Part shown: positions 1 to 9,621 of the stretch, piece after piece | Position numbering within the stretch: position 1 is the first letter of the stretch | Layout of the letters: every line of letters starts with the position of its first letter | Source of the DNA: Spirochaetia bacterium | GTDB taxonomy: Bacteria > Spirochaetota > Spirochaetia > CAKZLE01 | Reading direction: 5' to 3' | NCBI GenBank assembly: GCA_963677595.1 | Contig: OY782041.1 | Coordinates: 160,001 to 224,000 of the forward strand | Length of the DNA: 64,000 nucleotides | Position numbers and translations under genes: made by a program | The notes under the pieces: model-generated | Database searches by the model: none | What the model saw: the letters and a program-made list of their open reading frames with translations, nothing else | Told to the model about the DNA's origin: nothing

Positions 1-53
1 GACATACGTAAGGTGGTTGAGCCTATCACGGTTATTAGATCAAAGAACTCCAT
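1..53 (-). CDS. 5' end of a second ABC permease (BMP/nucleoside type), running off the window edge
   Basis: ATG at 53 with AGGAGG-like RBS, overlapping the stop of the upstream permease; reads MEFFDLITVIGSTTLRM, a typical start for the second permease. Confidence 0.7.
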   Translation of the reverse strand, partial: MEFFDLITVIGSTTLRM

Positions 54-1125
54 GTGATCCCTCCTGTCGTTTCCTGAGTCTCCTGAATGGTTTTGCTGCT
101 GCTTCCTTGATTGCTATCATCATATTGGGTGCGGCAACGAAGATGATGATCATGGCCTGCAAGACCCCAACGAAATCAGAAGGAACTCGTGAAATTCTCT
201 GCACAACCATCGCCCCGTTCTTGAAGATGCCGAACAGTACTCCGGAAAAGATGATCCCTATGATATTCCCCGATGCCAGGGCCGATACAGCGACCCCTGA
301 GAACCCGAACCCGCTTGAGAACCCATCGATGAATCGGTAATTGATACCCATCACCTGGAATGCCCCGGCAATCCCCCCGATGGCACCGCTGAAGGCCATA
401 GAGAGGATGATCATCCTGTCCACTTTTATACCGGAAGCCCTTGCTGCACGCTTGTTCTTCCCAACGACTCTCAGGGTATAGCCGAAGACAGTCTTCTTGA
501 TGATGAAATAACATACGACAGCGATCAGGACAGCGAGTACGAACGTCATACTGAATTGCGTCTGGGGTATGACCCGTTTTATTATTGCTGTATCCCGAAG
601 CCGTGCCGTCTGAGCCACCAACTCACTTGCTTTCAGGGGATAATTGACCAGATAACTGCAGAGGCTCACGGCAATCGAATTAAGCATGATGGTTGTTATC
701 ACTTCATGCGCATTGAACTTGACTTTGAGATACCCTGCGATCCCTGCCCAGAGTCCTCCGCCCAGGGCTGCAGCGAGAATCACAGCGAGATGGTGGATGA
801 CCCCCGGGAGGGGGACATAGATACCAACGAGGGCGGCAACCATCGCCCCAATATACAATTGCCCCTCTGTCCCTATATTTATCATTCCTGCCTTGAAAGC
901 CACAGCAAAGGAGACCCCCGTAAGGATCAGGACAGTAGATTGGCTCAATGTCTGGAGCATGGCATAGAGGTTTCCCATAGCTCCTGAAATTATCGCTGCA
1001 TACACTGACAATGCTGAGTAACCGAAAAGGGCCATGAACAGACTGCTGCAAAATACAGCCGCCAATAACGCCATAAGAGGAAGAAGGAGCTTGCTCGCGT
1101 GTATGTGTCTATCTAATCCTTTCAT
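40..1125 (-). CDS. ABC transporter permease, nucleoside/monosaccharide (CUT2, BPD_transp_2)
   Basis: Hydrophobic; INIGTEGQ, EVITTIMLN and GFSGVAVSAL motifs; start moved to ATG 1125. Confidence 0.9.
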   Translation of the reverse strand: MKGLDRHIHASKLLLPLMALLAAVFCSSLFMALFGYSALSVYAAIISGAMGNLYAMLQTLSQSTVLILTGVSFAVAFKAGMINIGTEGQLYIGAMVAALVGIYVPLPGVIHHLAVILAAALGGGLWAGIAGYLKVKFNAHEVITTIMLNSIAVSLCSYLVNYPLKASELVAQTARLRDTAIIKRVIPQTQFSMTFVLAVLIAVVCYFIIKKTVFGYTLRVVGKNKRAARASGIKVDRMIILSMAFSGAIGGIAGAFQVMGINYRFIDGFSSGFGFSGVAVSALASGNIIGIIFSGVLFGIFKNGAMVVQRISRVPSDFVGVLQAMIIIFVAAPNMMIAIKEAAAKPFRRLRKRQEGSHGVL

Positions 1126-2638
1126 TTCCACTCCCCTCACGACCAATGTGGGCACCTGTCATATACAGGCCTAACTCCCTGTCGGTAATCTCTTCAGGAT
1201 CACATTCCTTGACGAACTCTCCCTTGAACATGACAAGCATCCGATCACTTAAGCTCTTCACTTCATCAAGATCGGCAGATATGAGCAGGACAGCATTACC
1301 CTGATCCCTGAAATCCCGTATTGCCTTGTGTATGTATTCCATAGCACCAACATCGACTCCCCTGGTAGGCTGGGATATGATCAGGACTTGCGGGTGATTA
1401 CTCAAGACTCTCGCGATGATGATCTTCTGCTGGTTCCCTCCCGACAGGGTTTCGACCTCAGTCTCACTGGAAGGTGTCTTGATCCTGTATTGATCAATGA
1501 GGCGCTCCGCTGCGGCTGAGATCTTCTTCATGCTCAGCACCCCGAAGCTCTTCAGTGATCTTTCATGATGATACCCAAGGATGAGATTCTCACTGACGGA
1601 CATATCCTCCACAAGTCCTTCCAGGTTACGATCCTCATAGACGAAGCCGATACCCTTTTTGAGTATCGCTTCTGTCTCACCTGGTATCGACTCATCGAGG
1701 ATGCTCACTTCCCTGCAGGAAGCATCTCTCAAACCGGCAAGGACCTCTACCAACTCCGACTGCCCATTCCCATCAACACCAGCGATCCCAAGGATCTCCC
1801 CCTTCCTGATCGATAATGAGACATCACGGAGTGAACAGCGATCAGCTTCCTCGGTGGTGATCCGGTGAATGAAGAAGAACGGTTCACCGATGGATGCAGC
1901 GGGATGCCTCTCATACAAGGATACTTCACGTCCTACCATATACTCCGCAAGATCATGCCGTGTCTTGTGTTCAGGATTGATGGTATCAGCAACATTGACA
2001 CCATCCCGCAGGATCGAGATGACATCTGCGATCTCCAGTGCCTCATGGAGTTTATGGGTGATAAGCACAATCCCTTTACCTTGGGTCTTCAAAGACCTGA
2101 TCATATTGAAGAACTCAACGACTTCATTCGGCGTCAGGACTGCAGTGGGTTCATCAAGGATGAGAATCTCAGATTTCCTATATAGGAGCTTCAGGATCTC
2201 GATCTTCTGCTTCTCCCCCACAGAAAGCTCCTTGACTTTTCGGGAAAGATCAATAGCTATCCCGACAGCAGCTGCAAGGTCATCAACGACAGCTTTCATC
2301 CTGAGGCGATCGAACCTTGCCCCCTGTCTCGGCTCGAATCCGATGACGATATTCTCATACCCGCTGAACTCATCGACTAGCATGAAGTGCTGGTGTACCA
2401 TACCAAGACCAAGTCGAATCGCTTCGGAGGTATTCTTGATGACAACCTGTTCTCCATCTATGCATATACTGCCGTTGTCAGGTACATACATGCCATAGAG
2501 GATCTTCATGAGGGTAGACTTGCCGGCGCCGTTCTCCCCAAGAATGACATGGATCTGTTCTCTCTCTATCCGTAGATTCACCATATCAAGGGCCTGTACC
2601 CCGGGGAAACTCTTCGATATTCCGTGTAACTCAATCAT
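1109..2638 (-). CDS. ABC transporter ATP-binding protein with two ABC domains (NupA/MglA-like)
   Basis: GENGAGKST, LILDEPT, LSGGNQQK, QPTRGVDVGA. Confidence 0.95.
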   Translation of the reverse strand: MIELHGISKSFPGVQALDMVNLRIEREQIHVILGENGAGKSTLMKILYGMYVPDNGSICIDGEQVVIKNTSEAIRLGLGMVHQHFMLVDEFSGYENIVIGFEPRQGARFDRLRMKAVVDDLAAAVGIAIDLSRKVKELSVGEKQKIEILKLLYRKSEILILDEPTAVLTPNEVVEFFNMIRSLKTQGKGIVLITHKLHEALEIADVISILRDGVNVADTINPEHKTRHDLAEYMVGREVSLYERHPAASIGEPFFFIHRITTEEADRCSLRDVSLSIRKGEILGIAGVDGNGQSELVEVLAGLRDASCREVSILDESIPGETEAILKKGIGFVYEDRNLEGLVEDMSVSENLILGYHHERSLKSFGVLSMKKISAAAERLIDQYRIKTPSSETEVETLSGGNQQKIIIARVLSNHPQVLIISQPTRGVDVGAMEYIHKAIRDFRDQGNAVLLISADLDEVKSLSDRMLVMFKGEFVKECDPEEITDRELGLYMTGAHIGREGSGNERIR

Positions 2639-2655
2639 CAGTCAACTCCCGATAC

Positions 2656-2687
2656 TCCTGCCCTTAAGTATACCACCAAGGGCAGGA
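2656..2687 (-). terminator. Stem-loop after the binding-protein gene (mRNA stabiliser or partial terminator)
   Basis: TCCTGCCCTT-N12-AAGGGCAGGA inverted repeat between the BMP and ATPase genes. Confidence 0.55.
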
Positions 2688-2706
2688 TCCAAGATCAGAA
2701 CCTTCT

Positions 2707-3771
2707 CTACTCGAACCTGTTCTCAGTTACCCAGGCATCGACATCTTCAACGTTCTTCGGAGGAACGATCTTCCCAGCCACGAGATCCTGTCGTATGGCT
2801 TCGACCTTACTGACGATATCTTCCGGGATCTCAACATTACTGCCCTCATTCGAATACCCTACAGCTGATTCCTTGATGCCCCAGACATCAATCCCTGCTG
2901 ACCATGCTCCTTCGACATAATTCCTGATATCATTGAAGATGATCTCATTCACATTCCTGATAGCAGTAGCCGGGATATAATCAGGCTCGACCCTGTTCTG
3001 GTTCGCACCAACCCCGAAGGCATAGGCTCCGGTCTCTACTGCCGCATTGATGATCCCTAAACCTGAACCGCCCGCCAGCAGCTGGATGAAATCAGCACCT
3101 TTTCCATACATTGACAAGGCAATCTCTTTTCCCTTACCAGGATCATTGAAGGAACCGACATCCCCGACGAGTACCTCGATCTGGGGATCGACATATCGTG
3201 CACCTGCCGAGAAACCTGCAATACCATTCCGTAACGTCGGGAGATTCATTCCTGTGATGATCCCAATCTTCTTCTCATCACTCTTGATCATCGGGAATCC
3301 TTCCCTCCCTGTCATAAACCCTGCAAGCACTCCTGTCAAGAACGTCTGATCCTCAAATTTCGTAAAGATCGAGTGGACATTCGGCATATCGAGAGAGCCG
3401 TCGATCAAGGTGAAATCCTGGTCCGGGAAATCTGCGGCGATGATCGTCAATGACTCAACCTGATCTGCCCCGATCGCGACTATAAGATCATAATCCCCCG
3501 CAGCCGCAAAGCTTCGCTGCTGCATCTCGTAGTCACTGATCGTCTCAGGTTCTCCATAATCATAGGTTATGCCCAACTCCTCACCTGCTGCGACGAGACC
3601 GTCATATGCCATATCATTGAAATTGTTGTCTCCAAGACCTGATGTGGTCAGGATCAACCCTACTTTCATCACACCTGAATCCTCAGCCGCTGCCTCCTGC
3701 TTACCCGAAGCGAAGAGACTGCCTGCTGCCAGCAGGACTACACACATGACCAATACTACCTTGTTACCCAT
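2707..3771 (-). CDS. BMP/PnrA-family ABC substrate-binding protein
   Basis: Signal peptide ending SLFASGKQE; GLGDNNFND, GSFNDPGKGKE, AGGSGLG motifs. Confidence 0.93.
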   Translation of the reverse strand: MGNKVVLVMCVVLLAAGSLFASGKQEAAAEDSGVMKVGLILTTSGLGDNNFNDMAYDGLVAAGEELGITYDYGEPETISDYEMQQRSFAAAGDYDLIVAIGADQVESLTIIAADFPDQDFTLIDGSLDMPNVHSIFTKFEDQTFLTGVLAGFMTGREGFPMIKSDEKKIGIITGMNLPTLRNGIAGFSAGARYVDPQIEVLVGDVGSFNDPGKGKEIALSMYGKGADFIQLLAGGSGLGIINAAVETGAYAFGVGANQNRVEPDYIPATAIRNVNEIIFNDIRNYVEGAWSAGIDVWGIKESAVGYSNEGSNVEIPEDIVSKVEAIRQDLVAGKIVPPKNVEDVDAWVTENRFE

Positions 3772-3886
3772 AACTCTGTTCCTCCATCATCTTCTTTTGA
3801 TTCCCATACTCTCTATCAATGATACAGATATACCATCTGTACAATCCTCTCATGCACACTGTTCCGCGGCAGATGTTACGAAACGT

Positions 3887-5341
3887 CTATTCCCGATGCT
3901 CCAGATAATCAACCAGCTTCTTCGGCAGCCTGTCGCCGAAGAAGCTGCGGTCCGTCAGTTCCTGCCCCAGTTTCAGCATGCCCAGACCCTTGATTCTCTT
4001 CCCGGTATCGAACGGGTCCCGGTACTCGGCTATCTTCTCAAGCAATGTCTTCTCAAGACTCGCTGCTATCTCGCTGTACGCTGGATCATTGATGAAGTTA
4101 TGTTCTTCATTCGGGTCATGCTTCCTGTCGATCAACAATCGAGTCTCCCCATCAAGCCAAGCGTTCTGGGTCCTGGCATACGTATACCGTTCAGTCTTGA
4201 TCCCTCTCCAGAACCCAACCCAGGCTGACCGGGTCGGCATACCTGTCCCCAGGTTCTGAAGATATACTGTATCATTGGGTATATCTTCTGTTTCGATGAT
4301 CGCCTCAGAATAGTCCGTACCCTGGCACTGTGGTGGTTCGATACCACAGAGACCGAGTATGGTAGGCAGGAAATCAACAGATCCGATGAAACCCCGGTTT
4401 CTGTTGTGTTTCCTGGTTACACCGGCATCTTTGATGATCAGGGGGATATGGACGGACTCTTCATAGGGGGTTCCTTTTGCCGCCCGCATATTCTCGGGAA
4501 GCCAATCGTCATCAGGATGCCCATATCCGTGAACTCCCATATGCTCTCCATGATCAGAACTGAATACGATTACCGTATCATCATAGAGGTCCTGTTCTTT
4601 CAGGTATTGGATGATTCGGCCGAACTCAACATCCATCGCCGTGATCATCCCGTAATAATCAGCTGTATCCCGCCTGATCTGGTGTCTGATCTTATGGGGA
4701 ACACTGTCAGGGACCGGCATCTCAGCAGGATCATACTGGTCATACTGCTGAGGATACAGCCCGAACAGTCTCTGTTCATTGTTGATGATGGTATCATCAC
4801 CCCATGAAGAGTGCGGGATCCCCCAGGCAAGCACGAGTGCAAAAGGTTTCTCAGCATCCCTGTTATCAAGTACTTCCATAGCCAGGTCAGTCTCCCTGGT
4901 CGGAGAGAATTCCCTGATCTCATAGGGGCCCTTCTCATTGTGCCAATAGTCTATCTTGTAGTAGTTATGCAGACAGTTATAGGCTAGCATATCATCAAAC
5001 CCATACCGCTTATCCTCTGTGTACGGTCCATACCCCAGATGCCATTTCCCTACATAGGCGGAATAGTATCCTTCATCGCGCAATATCTTCGTCAGGAGGG
5101 TGTCAGTATCCTTCAATCTGTACTCATTGCACATAACACCATTCTTATGTGAGTAGTTCCCAGAAAGCAGCTGCCCCCTGAACGGGGAACAGAGCGGACA
5201 ACAGGAATACGCATGATCGAACACTGTTGAGTCCTTCGCATACGCATCCAAATACGGTGTCTGCACATACCGGTTCCCATTCACGGCTATCGAATCGTAT
5301 CTCAGTTGATCAGCAAAGATGAATAGAATGTTTTTTTTCAT
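3887..5341 (-). CDS. Cys-type formylglycine-dependent sulfatase (S1 family), cytoplasmic
   Basis: NILFIFADQLR, CSPFR (CxPxR), GKWHLG, SSDHGE, K-x-TPYEES; no signal peptide. Confidence 0.95.
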   Translation of the reverse strand: MKKNILFIFADQLRYDSIAVNGNRYVQTPYLDAYAKDSTVFDHAYSCCPLCSPFRGQLLSGNYSHKNGVMCNEYRLKDTDTLLTKILRDEGYYSAYVGKWHLGYGPYTEDKRYGFDDMLAYNCLHNYYKIDYWHNEKGPYEIREFSPTRETDLAMEVLDNRDAEKPFALVLAWGIPHSSWGDDTIINNEQRLFGLYPQQYDQYDPAEMPVPDSVPHKIRHQIRRDTADYYGMITAMDVEFGRIIQYLKEQDLYDDTVIVFSSDHGEHMGVHGYGHPDDDWLPENMRAAKGTPYEESVHIPLIIKDAGVTRKHNRNRGFIGSVDFLPTILGLCGIEPPQCQGTDYSEAIIETEDIPNDTVYLQNLGTGMPTRSAWVGFWRGIKTERYTYARTQNAWLDGETRLLIDRKHDPNEEHNFINDPAYSEIAASLEKTLLEKIAEYRDPFDTGKRIKGLGMLKLGQELTDRSFFGDRLPKKLVDYLEHRE

Positions 5342-5361
5342 CGTGTCTACCTCAAACCACT

Positions 5362-5379
5362 TGTCGTAACGTTACGACA
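5362..5379. promoter_or_regulatory. Perfect 18-bp palindromic operator (LacI-family-like)
   Basis: TGTCGTAAC|GTTACGACA with central CG, directly downstream of the -10 box of the sulfatase operon promoter. Confidence 0.75.
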
Positions 5380-5381
5380 TC

Positions 5382-5410
5382 ATACTACCACACACTATTG
5401 TAGTTGTCAA
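5382..5410 (-). promoter_or_regulatory. Sigma70 promoter of the sulfatase-ABC operon
   Basis: TTGACA(5410-5405)-N17-TAGTAT(5387-5382). Confidence 0.75.
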
Positions 5411-5524
5411 ATCGTTTTTACAAGCAAATCTCAGTTCACACCAACGTAATCATGGTTCACATTACTGAGATATAAATCACCCAAGCCCCTTCCTCAATAC
5501 CGCTTTGCCTGATAGAGTGGGAGT

Positions 5525-6202
5525 ATGACATTGATGAATAGAATTGCGAACAGCTTCTTCAGGGGACTCCTTCGCGTCACCTGCAGATTAGATAGAGAAG
5601 AATTGAAGAAGGTACCACAGACCGGCCCGATGATCATCATCACCAACCATATCAACGTACTCGAGGGCCCCTTGCTCTACCTCTTCATGAGGCCGAGGAA
5701 CACCATCGCCATGGCGAAGCAGGAACTGTGGAACCATGCCTTCACGAAGAGGATCATGGAGTGGTGGGAATGTATCCCCGTGAACCGGGGGATGCTCGAC
5801 CGGGATGCGATGAATGCCTGTTTCAGGGTGCTCGATGATGAGGACCTCCTGTGCATCGCACCGGAAGGGACGAGGAGTCCCGACGGGAGGCTGCAGCAGG
5901 GGAAGGCGGGAACCGGGTTCATCGCGGCGAAGAAGCGTGTCCCGATCCTCCCGATCGCCAACTTCGGGATGGAGGATTACCTGAAGAACTTCAAGCGCCT
6001 GAAGCGTACCCCGGTCTCGATCCGGGTCGGGAAACCGTTCATGGTCACGATAGACAAGAAGCGGCTCTCTGCCGAGGAGCGCCAGGGCCTCACTGATGAG
6101 ATGATGATCAGGCTGGCGAAACTGATGCCGGATTCCTATCACGGGTTCTATGCATCGATGATAGACAAGCCCCTGACGATGACCGGGCCGGTCACCGTCT
6201 GA
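5525..6202 (+). CDS. Lysophospholipid acyltransferase (PlsC family)
   Basis: NHINVLE (HX4E variant of HX4D), IPVNRG, PEGTRS, VPILP. Confidence 0.9.
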   Translation: MTLMNRIANSFFRGLLRVTCRLDREELKKVPQTGPMIIITNHINVLEGPLLYLFMRPRNTIAMAKQELWNHAFTKRIMEWWECIPVNRGMLDRDAMNACFRVLDDEDLLCIAPEGTRSPDGRLQQGKAGTGFIAAKKRVPILPIANFGMEDYLKNFKRLKRTPVSIRVGKPFMVTIDKKRLSAEERQGLTDEMMIRLAKLMPDSYHGFYASMIDKPLTMTGPVTV

Positions 6203-7393
6203 TCAGAGCCGTTCGCAGAAGATCGAGTGGATCTCCTCTGCCGTGAGAGCGGCAGGGGTATTCTTCAGCCCGGTCTTCTTCGAGAGATCCTTCAACTCCC
6301 CTTCTGAGAAACCGAACTCACCGAGCCGCTGGATCCCGAAGGACTCTTCCCATGAAGAGAGCACCTCGACCAGGAGCTCAAGCCCCTTGTCGATACCCCC
6401 GGCGGGAAGGTTCATGAGGGCGTAACCGGCCTGGGCATACTTCAGGAGGGATGCACTGTTCCCATCCTGCTTCAGGTGCCTGATGACCGTCTCTGAGGCT
6501 GCCCGCACCAGCGTTCCGCAGACCACCCCGTGCGGGATCTCCCGTGCCGCTCCCAGCGGGGAGGCAGCACCATGGACGACCCCAAGGTCCGCATTGGCCA
6601 GGGTCACCCCGGAAAGGTATGCGGCGTACGCCATCTGGGTCCTTGCCTCCATATCATCGGAGAGCGTTCCGTCAATGATGCCGGGCAGCACCCTTCCCGC
6701 AAGGCTGAGTCCCTGGATCGCCAGGGCATCGGTGAACGGGCTTGCCTTGGTTGAGACGTATGCTTCGAGCAGCTGCGTCACCGCATCGAGTCCCGATGCA
6801 GCCGAGACGGATCTCGGGCAGGAGATCGACAGCGTCCCGTCAAGGACGGCCAGGTCCGGCACATACCGCATATGGCGGAGTGACTTCTTGAACCCGTTCT
6901 CCCCTACTGAGCTGATCACGGCATTCTTGGTAGCCTCGGTACCGGTGCCTGAGGTCGTCGGGACAGCGATGAGCCCGACCCTCATCCCTGAAGGAGTAAG
7001 CGTGCCCACCCCCTCGAGGTAATCCTTCACATGGCATGAACGATGCTCCCTGCCTTCAGCGAGCATCGCTGATACGGCCTTGGCCGCATCGATGACGCTT
7101 CCCCCGCCGATACCGATCACGCAGGAGCACCCGCCTGACAGGTGAGCTTCCGTGATCGCATCGACGATCTCAGGGGAGGGCTCCCCGGCCACATGTGCTG
7201 TCGTGACCTGGATCCCCTTTTCTACGCAGAGGCTGAGAAAGAGCCCCAGCTGCCCGGAGCGCTCCAGGGAACTCCCCCCGATGCACAGCAGGACCTCCTC
7301 ATGGCCCATGGCTTCCAGCCATGCGGGGACCTTCTTCACGGCTTCGGGGCCGACTTCAAGCTGCGGGAGGGCAGCGAGTGAGAATGCTTCCAT
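6203..7393 (-). CDS. Iron-containing alcohol dehydrogenase
   Basis: GGGSVIDAAK, PTTSGTGTE, LDAVTQLLE, VVHG...IPHG. Confidence 0.92.
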   Translation of the reverse strand: MEAFSLAALPQLEVGPEAVKKVPAWLEAMGHEEVLLCIGGSSLERSGQLGLFLSLCVEKGIQVTTAHVAGEPSPEIVDAITEAHLSGGCSCVIGIGGGSVIDAAKAVSAMLAEGREHRSCHVKDYLEGVGTLTPSGMRVGLIAVPTTSGTGTEATKNAVISSVGENGFKKSLRHMRYVPDLAVLDGTLSISCPRSVSAASGLDAVTQLLEAYVSTKASPFTDALAIQGLSLAGRVLPGIIDGTLSDDMEARTQMAYAAYLSGVTLANADLGVVHGAASPLGAAREIPHGVVCGTLVRAASETVIRHLKQDGNSASLLKYAQAGYALMNLPAGGIDKGLELLVEVLSSWEESFGIQRLGEFGFSEGELKDLSKKTGLKNTPAALTAEEIHSIFCERL

Positions 7394-7396
7394 GTA

Positions 7397-7693
7397 TTAC
7401 CTCTTCGGGATGTGGTACCGTCTCTGGGCAGGATCCTCATGGACCCTGAAGAGGATCGCGATGTTCCCGATCACCGAGACCACCTCTGAGGATGTCTTTT
7501 CCGCGAGCATAGCCGAGATCTCCCGGCGCTGCTCCTTATAATCGACGAACTTGACCTTGATCAGCTCATGATGGGCAAGAGCCTCATCGACTGCCGCGAT
7601 CACCCGTTCATCAACCCCCTGCTTCCCGACCATGACGATGGGGTTGAGGGTGTGTGCACGCTTCCGGAGAAAATTCCGTGCGAATGTATCCAT
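7397..7693 (-). CDS. yhbY: YhbY/CRM-domain RNA-binding protein
   Basis: LRKRAHTLNPIVMVGKQG, HELIKVK, IGNIAILFR; start at ATG 7693. Confidence 0.9.
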   Translation of the reverse strand: MDTFARNFLRKRAHTLNPIVMVGKQGVDERVIAAVDEALAHHELIKVKFVDYKEQRREISAMLAEKTSSEVVSVIGNIAILFRVHEDPAQRRYHIPKR

Positions 7694-7778
7694 ATATAGG
7701 CCTTCCTGAACATAAGTAGAGGTCCCCTCCGCAAAGAGAACCTCCACCGTTGAATCTTAGCGCTACTCTATCAGAGTA

Positions 7779-9503
7779 CTAGTCGTTATACAATTGCGCG
7801 ACTAAGTATCTCTTGATCTTTTTCGTGGAAGTCATCTCCATCGGTTCATCGACCACCTGGACCTTCTCGATCCTCTTGTACCCGATGAGGTCCCGGTTCA
7901 CTTCAGAGACGATCTCCTCGAACCTGCCCTGCATGACGGCTGTATCACCGTCCACGGACTCCTTGTAGGCATCACTCGGGTAGAAGAGAGCCTTGATCCC
8001 CTCGATCTTCTGCTCCTTGTCCTTCTCGTAGCCGATGACGAGGATCTGCTCGATCTCGTCGTAGAGCTGGAAGAGATCCTCGATCTCCTCCGGGAAGACG
8101 TTCTTCCCGCCTTCGGTGACGATCAGGGACTTCATCCGTCCGGTGAGCATCAGGTAGTTCTCGGAATCAAGGTAGCCGACATCACCGGTCCTGAGCCATC
8201 CGTCCTCGGTGAAGATCTCGTCGGTAGCCTCTTTGTTGAGGTAGTACCCCTGCATGACCATCGGTCCCTTGATGAGGATCTCGCCGATCCCATGTTCATC
8301 GGGCTTGTCGATCTTCATCTCGGTCTGGGGGATCACCTTCCCCACCGAGATCTCCTTATAGGCGTAGACCGGGTTGAGGGCGACAATCGGCGAGGTCTCC
8401 GTCAGGCCGTAGCCCTGCACGAAGTCGATACCGAGCTGGTTGTACAACTTGAACGTGGAGGACGGCAGAGGGCCTCCCCCGCAAATGCAGACCCTGATGT
8501 TGTCTAATGATATCTTGGCAAGGATACCCTTGAACATCGCATGGCCGGGATTGACCTTGAACACCTTCTTGATGAAGCCCGAGATCCCCATCATGCCCCG
8601 GATCAGGCCGTAGAGGATGATCCCCTTCTCCCTGATCCCGTTCATGAGGCCTTTGAGCAGCTTGTTGAAGAGCATCGGCACCCCGAGGAACATGGTCACC
8701 TTCGCAGTCTTGAGGTCCTTGAGGATCTGTTTGGTCACGAGCTTCTTACCGAAGACCACCTCGGCCCCGGTCGATATCGTCTCGATGAAGACGGCAAGCA
8801 TCGTGTAGGAGTGGTGTATGGGCAGCAGCGCATAGAAGACATCGGTCGAGTAGACGTTCATGTTCCCCTGAGCGAGGTAACAGTCGCTGACGAGGTTCTT
8901 GTGAGTGAGCATGACCCCTTTTGGGTTCCCAGTCGTCCCGGAGGTGAACATGATGGCAGCAAGGTCATCTATCCTCGAGGGAGTACGCTTCACATACTCG
9001 GGATCAAGTACATCATAGACATAGCCCGGTTTCTTCGGTGAGAGTGAGTAGGTAGCCTTGAGGTCAAGCTTGTTGTCCTTGTTGACCAGGTCGTACTTCT
9101 CCTCGTCGACGAAGAGGATCTTCGTCTTGGAGAACTCCATGAGGTACTCCATCTCCTCGATCTTCAGCTGGTAGTCCAGCGGTACGACGACACAGCCGGC
9201 ATAGAGGATCGCCAGGTAGGCGACTGCCCACTCAGGGCCGTTCTTGCCGGTGAGGGCGATCTTGTCCCCCTTCCGTATCCCCTGGTTCCGTATGGTATTG
9301 GAGAGCTGGATGACCTTCTCCTGCGCCTCGGCATAGGTGAGCATCACCTCGTCCGGGCTGTAGACCGTGAAGCACCGGTTGTCCGGGTACCGCTTCACCG
9401 TGATATCGAACATCTCCGGCAGGGTCGGCCAGTCACCGGGGAAGAACTCTCCCTTGAACTCCTCCAGGAAATCCCAAGGTCTTTCATTGTGCGTCCTGCT
9501 CAT
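7779..9503 (-). CDS. Long-chain acyl-CoA synthetase (AMP-binding)
   Basis: FTSGTTGNPKG, QGYGLTET, TGDVG, GGKNVFPEEIE, STKKIKR. Confidence 0.9.
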   Translation of the reverse strand: MSRTHNERPWDFLEEFKGEFFPGDWPTLPEMFDITVKRYPDNRCFTVYSPDEVMLTYAEAQEKVIQLSNTIRNQGIRKGDKIALTGKNGPEWAVAYLAILYAGCVVVPLDYQLKIEEMEYLMEFSKTKILFVDEEKYDLVNKDNKLDLKATYSLSPKKPGYVYDVLDPEYVKRTPSRIDDLAAIMFTSGTTGNPKGVMLTHKNLVSDCYLAQGNMNVYSTDVFYALLPIHHSYTMLAVFIETISTGAEVVFGKKLVTKQILKDLKTAKVTMFLGVPMLFNKLLKGLMNGIREKGIILYGLIRGMMGISGFIKKVFKVNPGHAMFKGILAKISLDNIRVCICGGGPLPSSTFKLYNQLGIDFVQGYGLTETSPIVALNPVYAYKEISVGKVIPQTEMKIDKPDEHGIGEILIKGPMVMQGYYLNKEATDEIFTEDGWLRTGDVGYLDSENYLMLTGRMKSLIVTEGGKNVFPEEIEDLFQLYDEIEQILVIGYEKDKEQKIEGIKALFYPSDAYKESVDGDTAVMQGRFEEIVSEVNRDLIGYKRIEKVQVVDEPMEMTSTKKIKRYLVAQLYND

Positions 9504-9540
9504 AATACACCCCCTCACTGCTAGGTCCTAGATATGGTTA

Positions 9541-9581
9541 CGTACTCTATTATCTTCAAGACTACTTGAAAATAGAGTACG
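9541..9581. promoter_or_regulatory. Long inverted repeat in the acyl-CoA synthetase promoter region
   Basis: CGTACTCTATT-atc-TTCAAG-acta-CTTGAA-AATAGAGTACG. Confidence 0.55.
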
Positions 9582-9621
9582 GTGCAAGTGTTAATGTCAA
9601 AAAACCGGATTCTGCCAAGCC

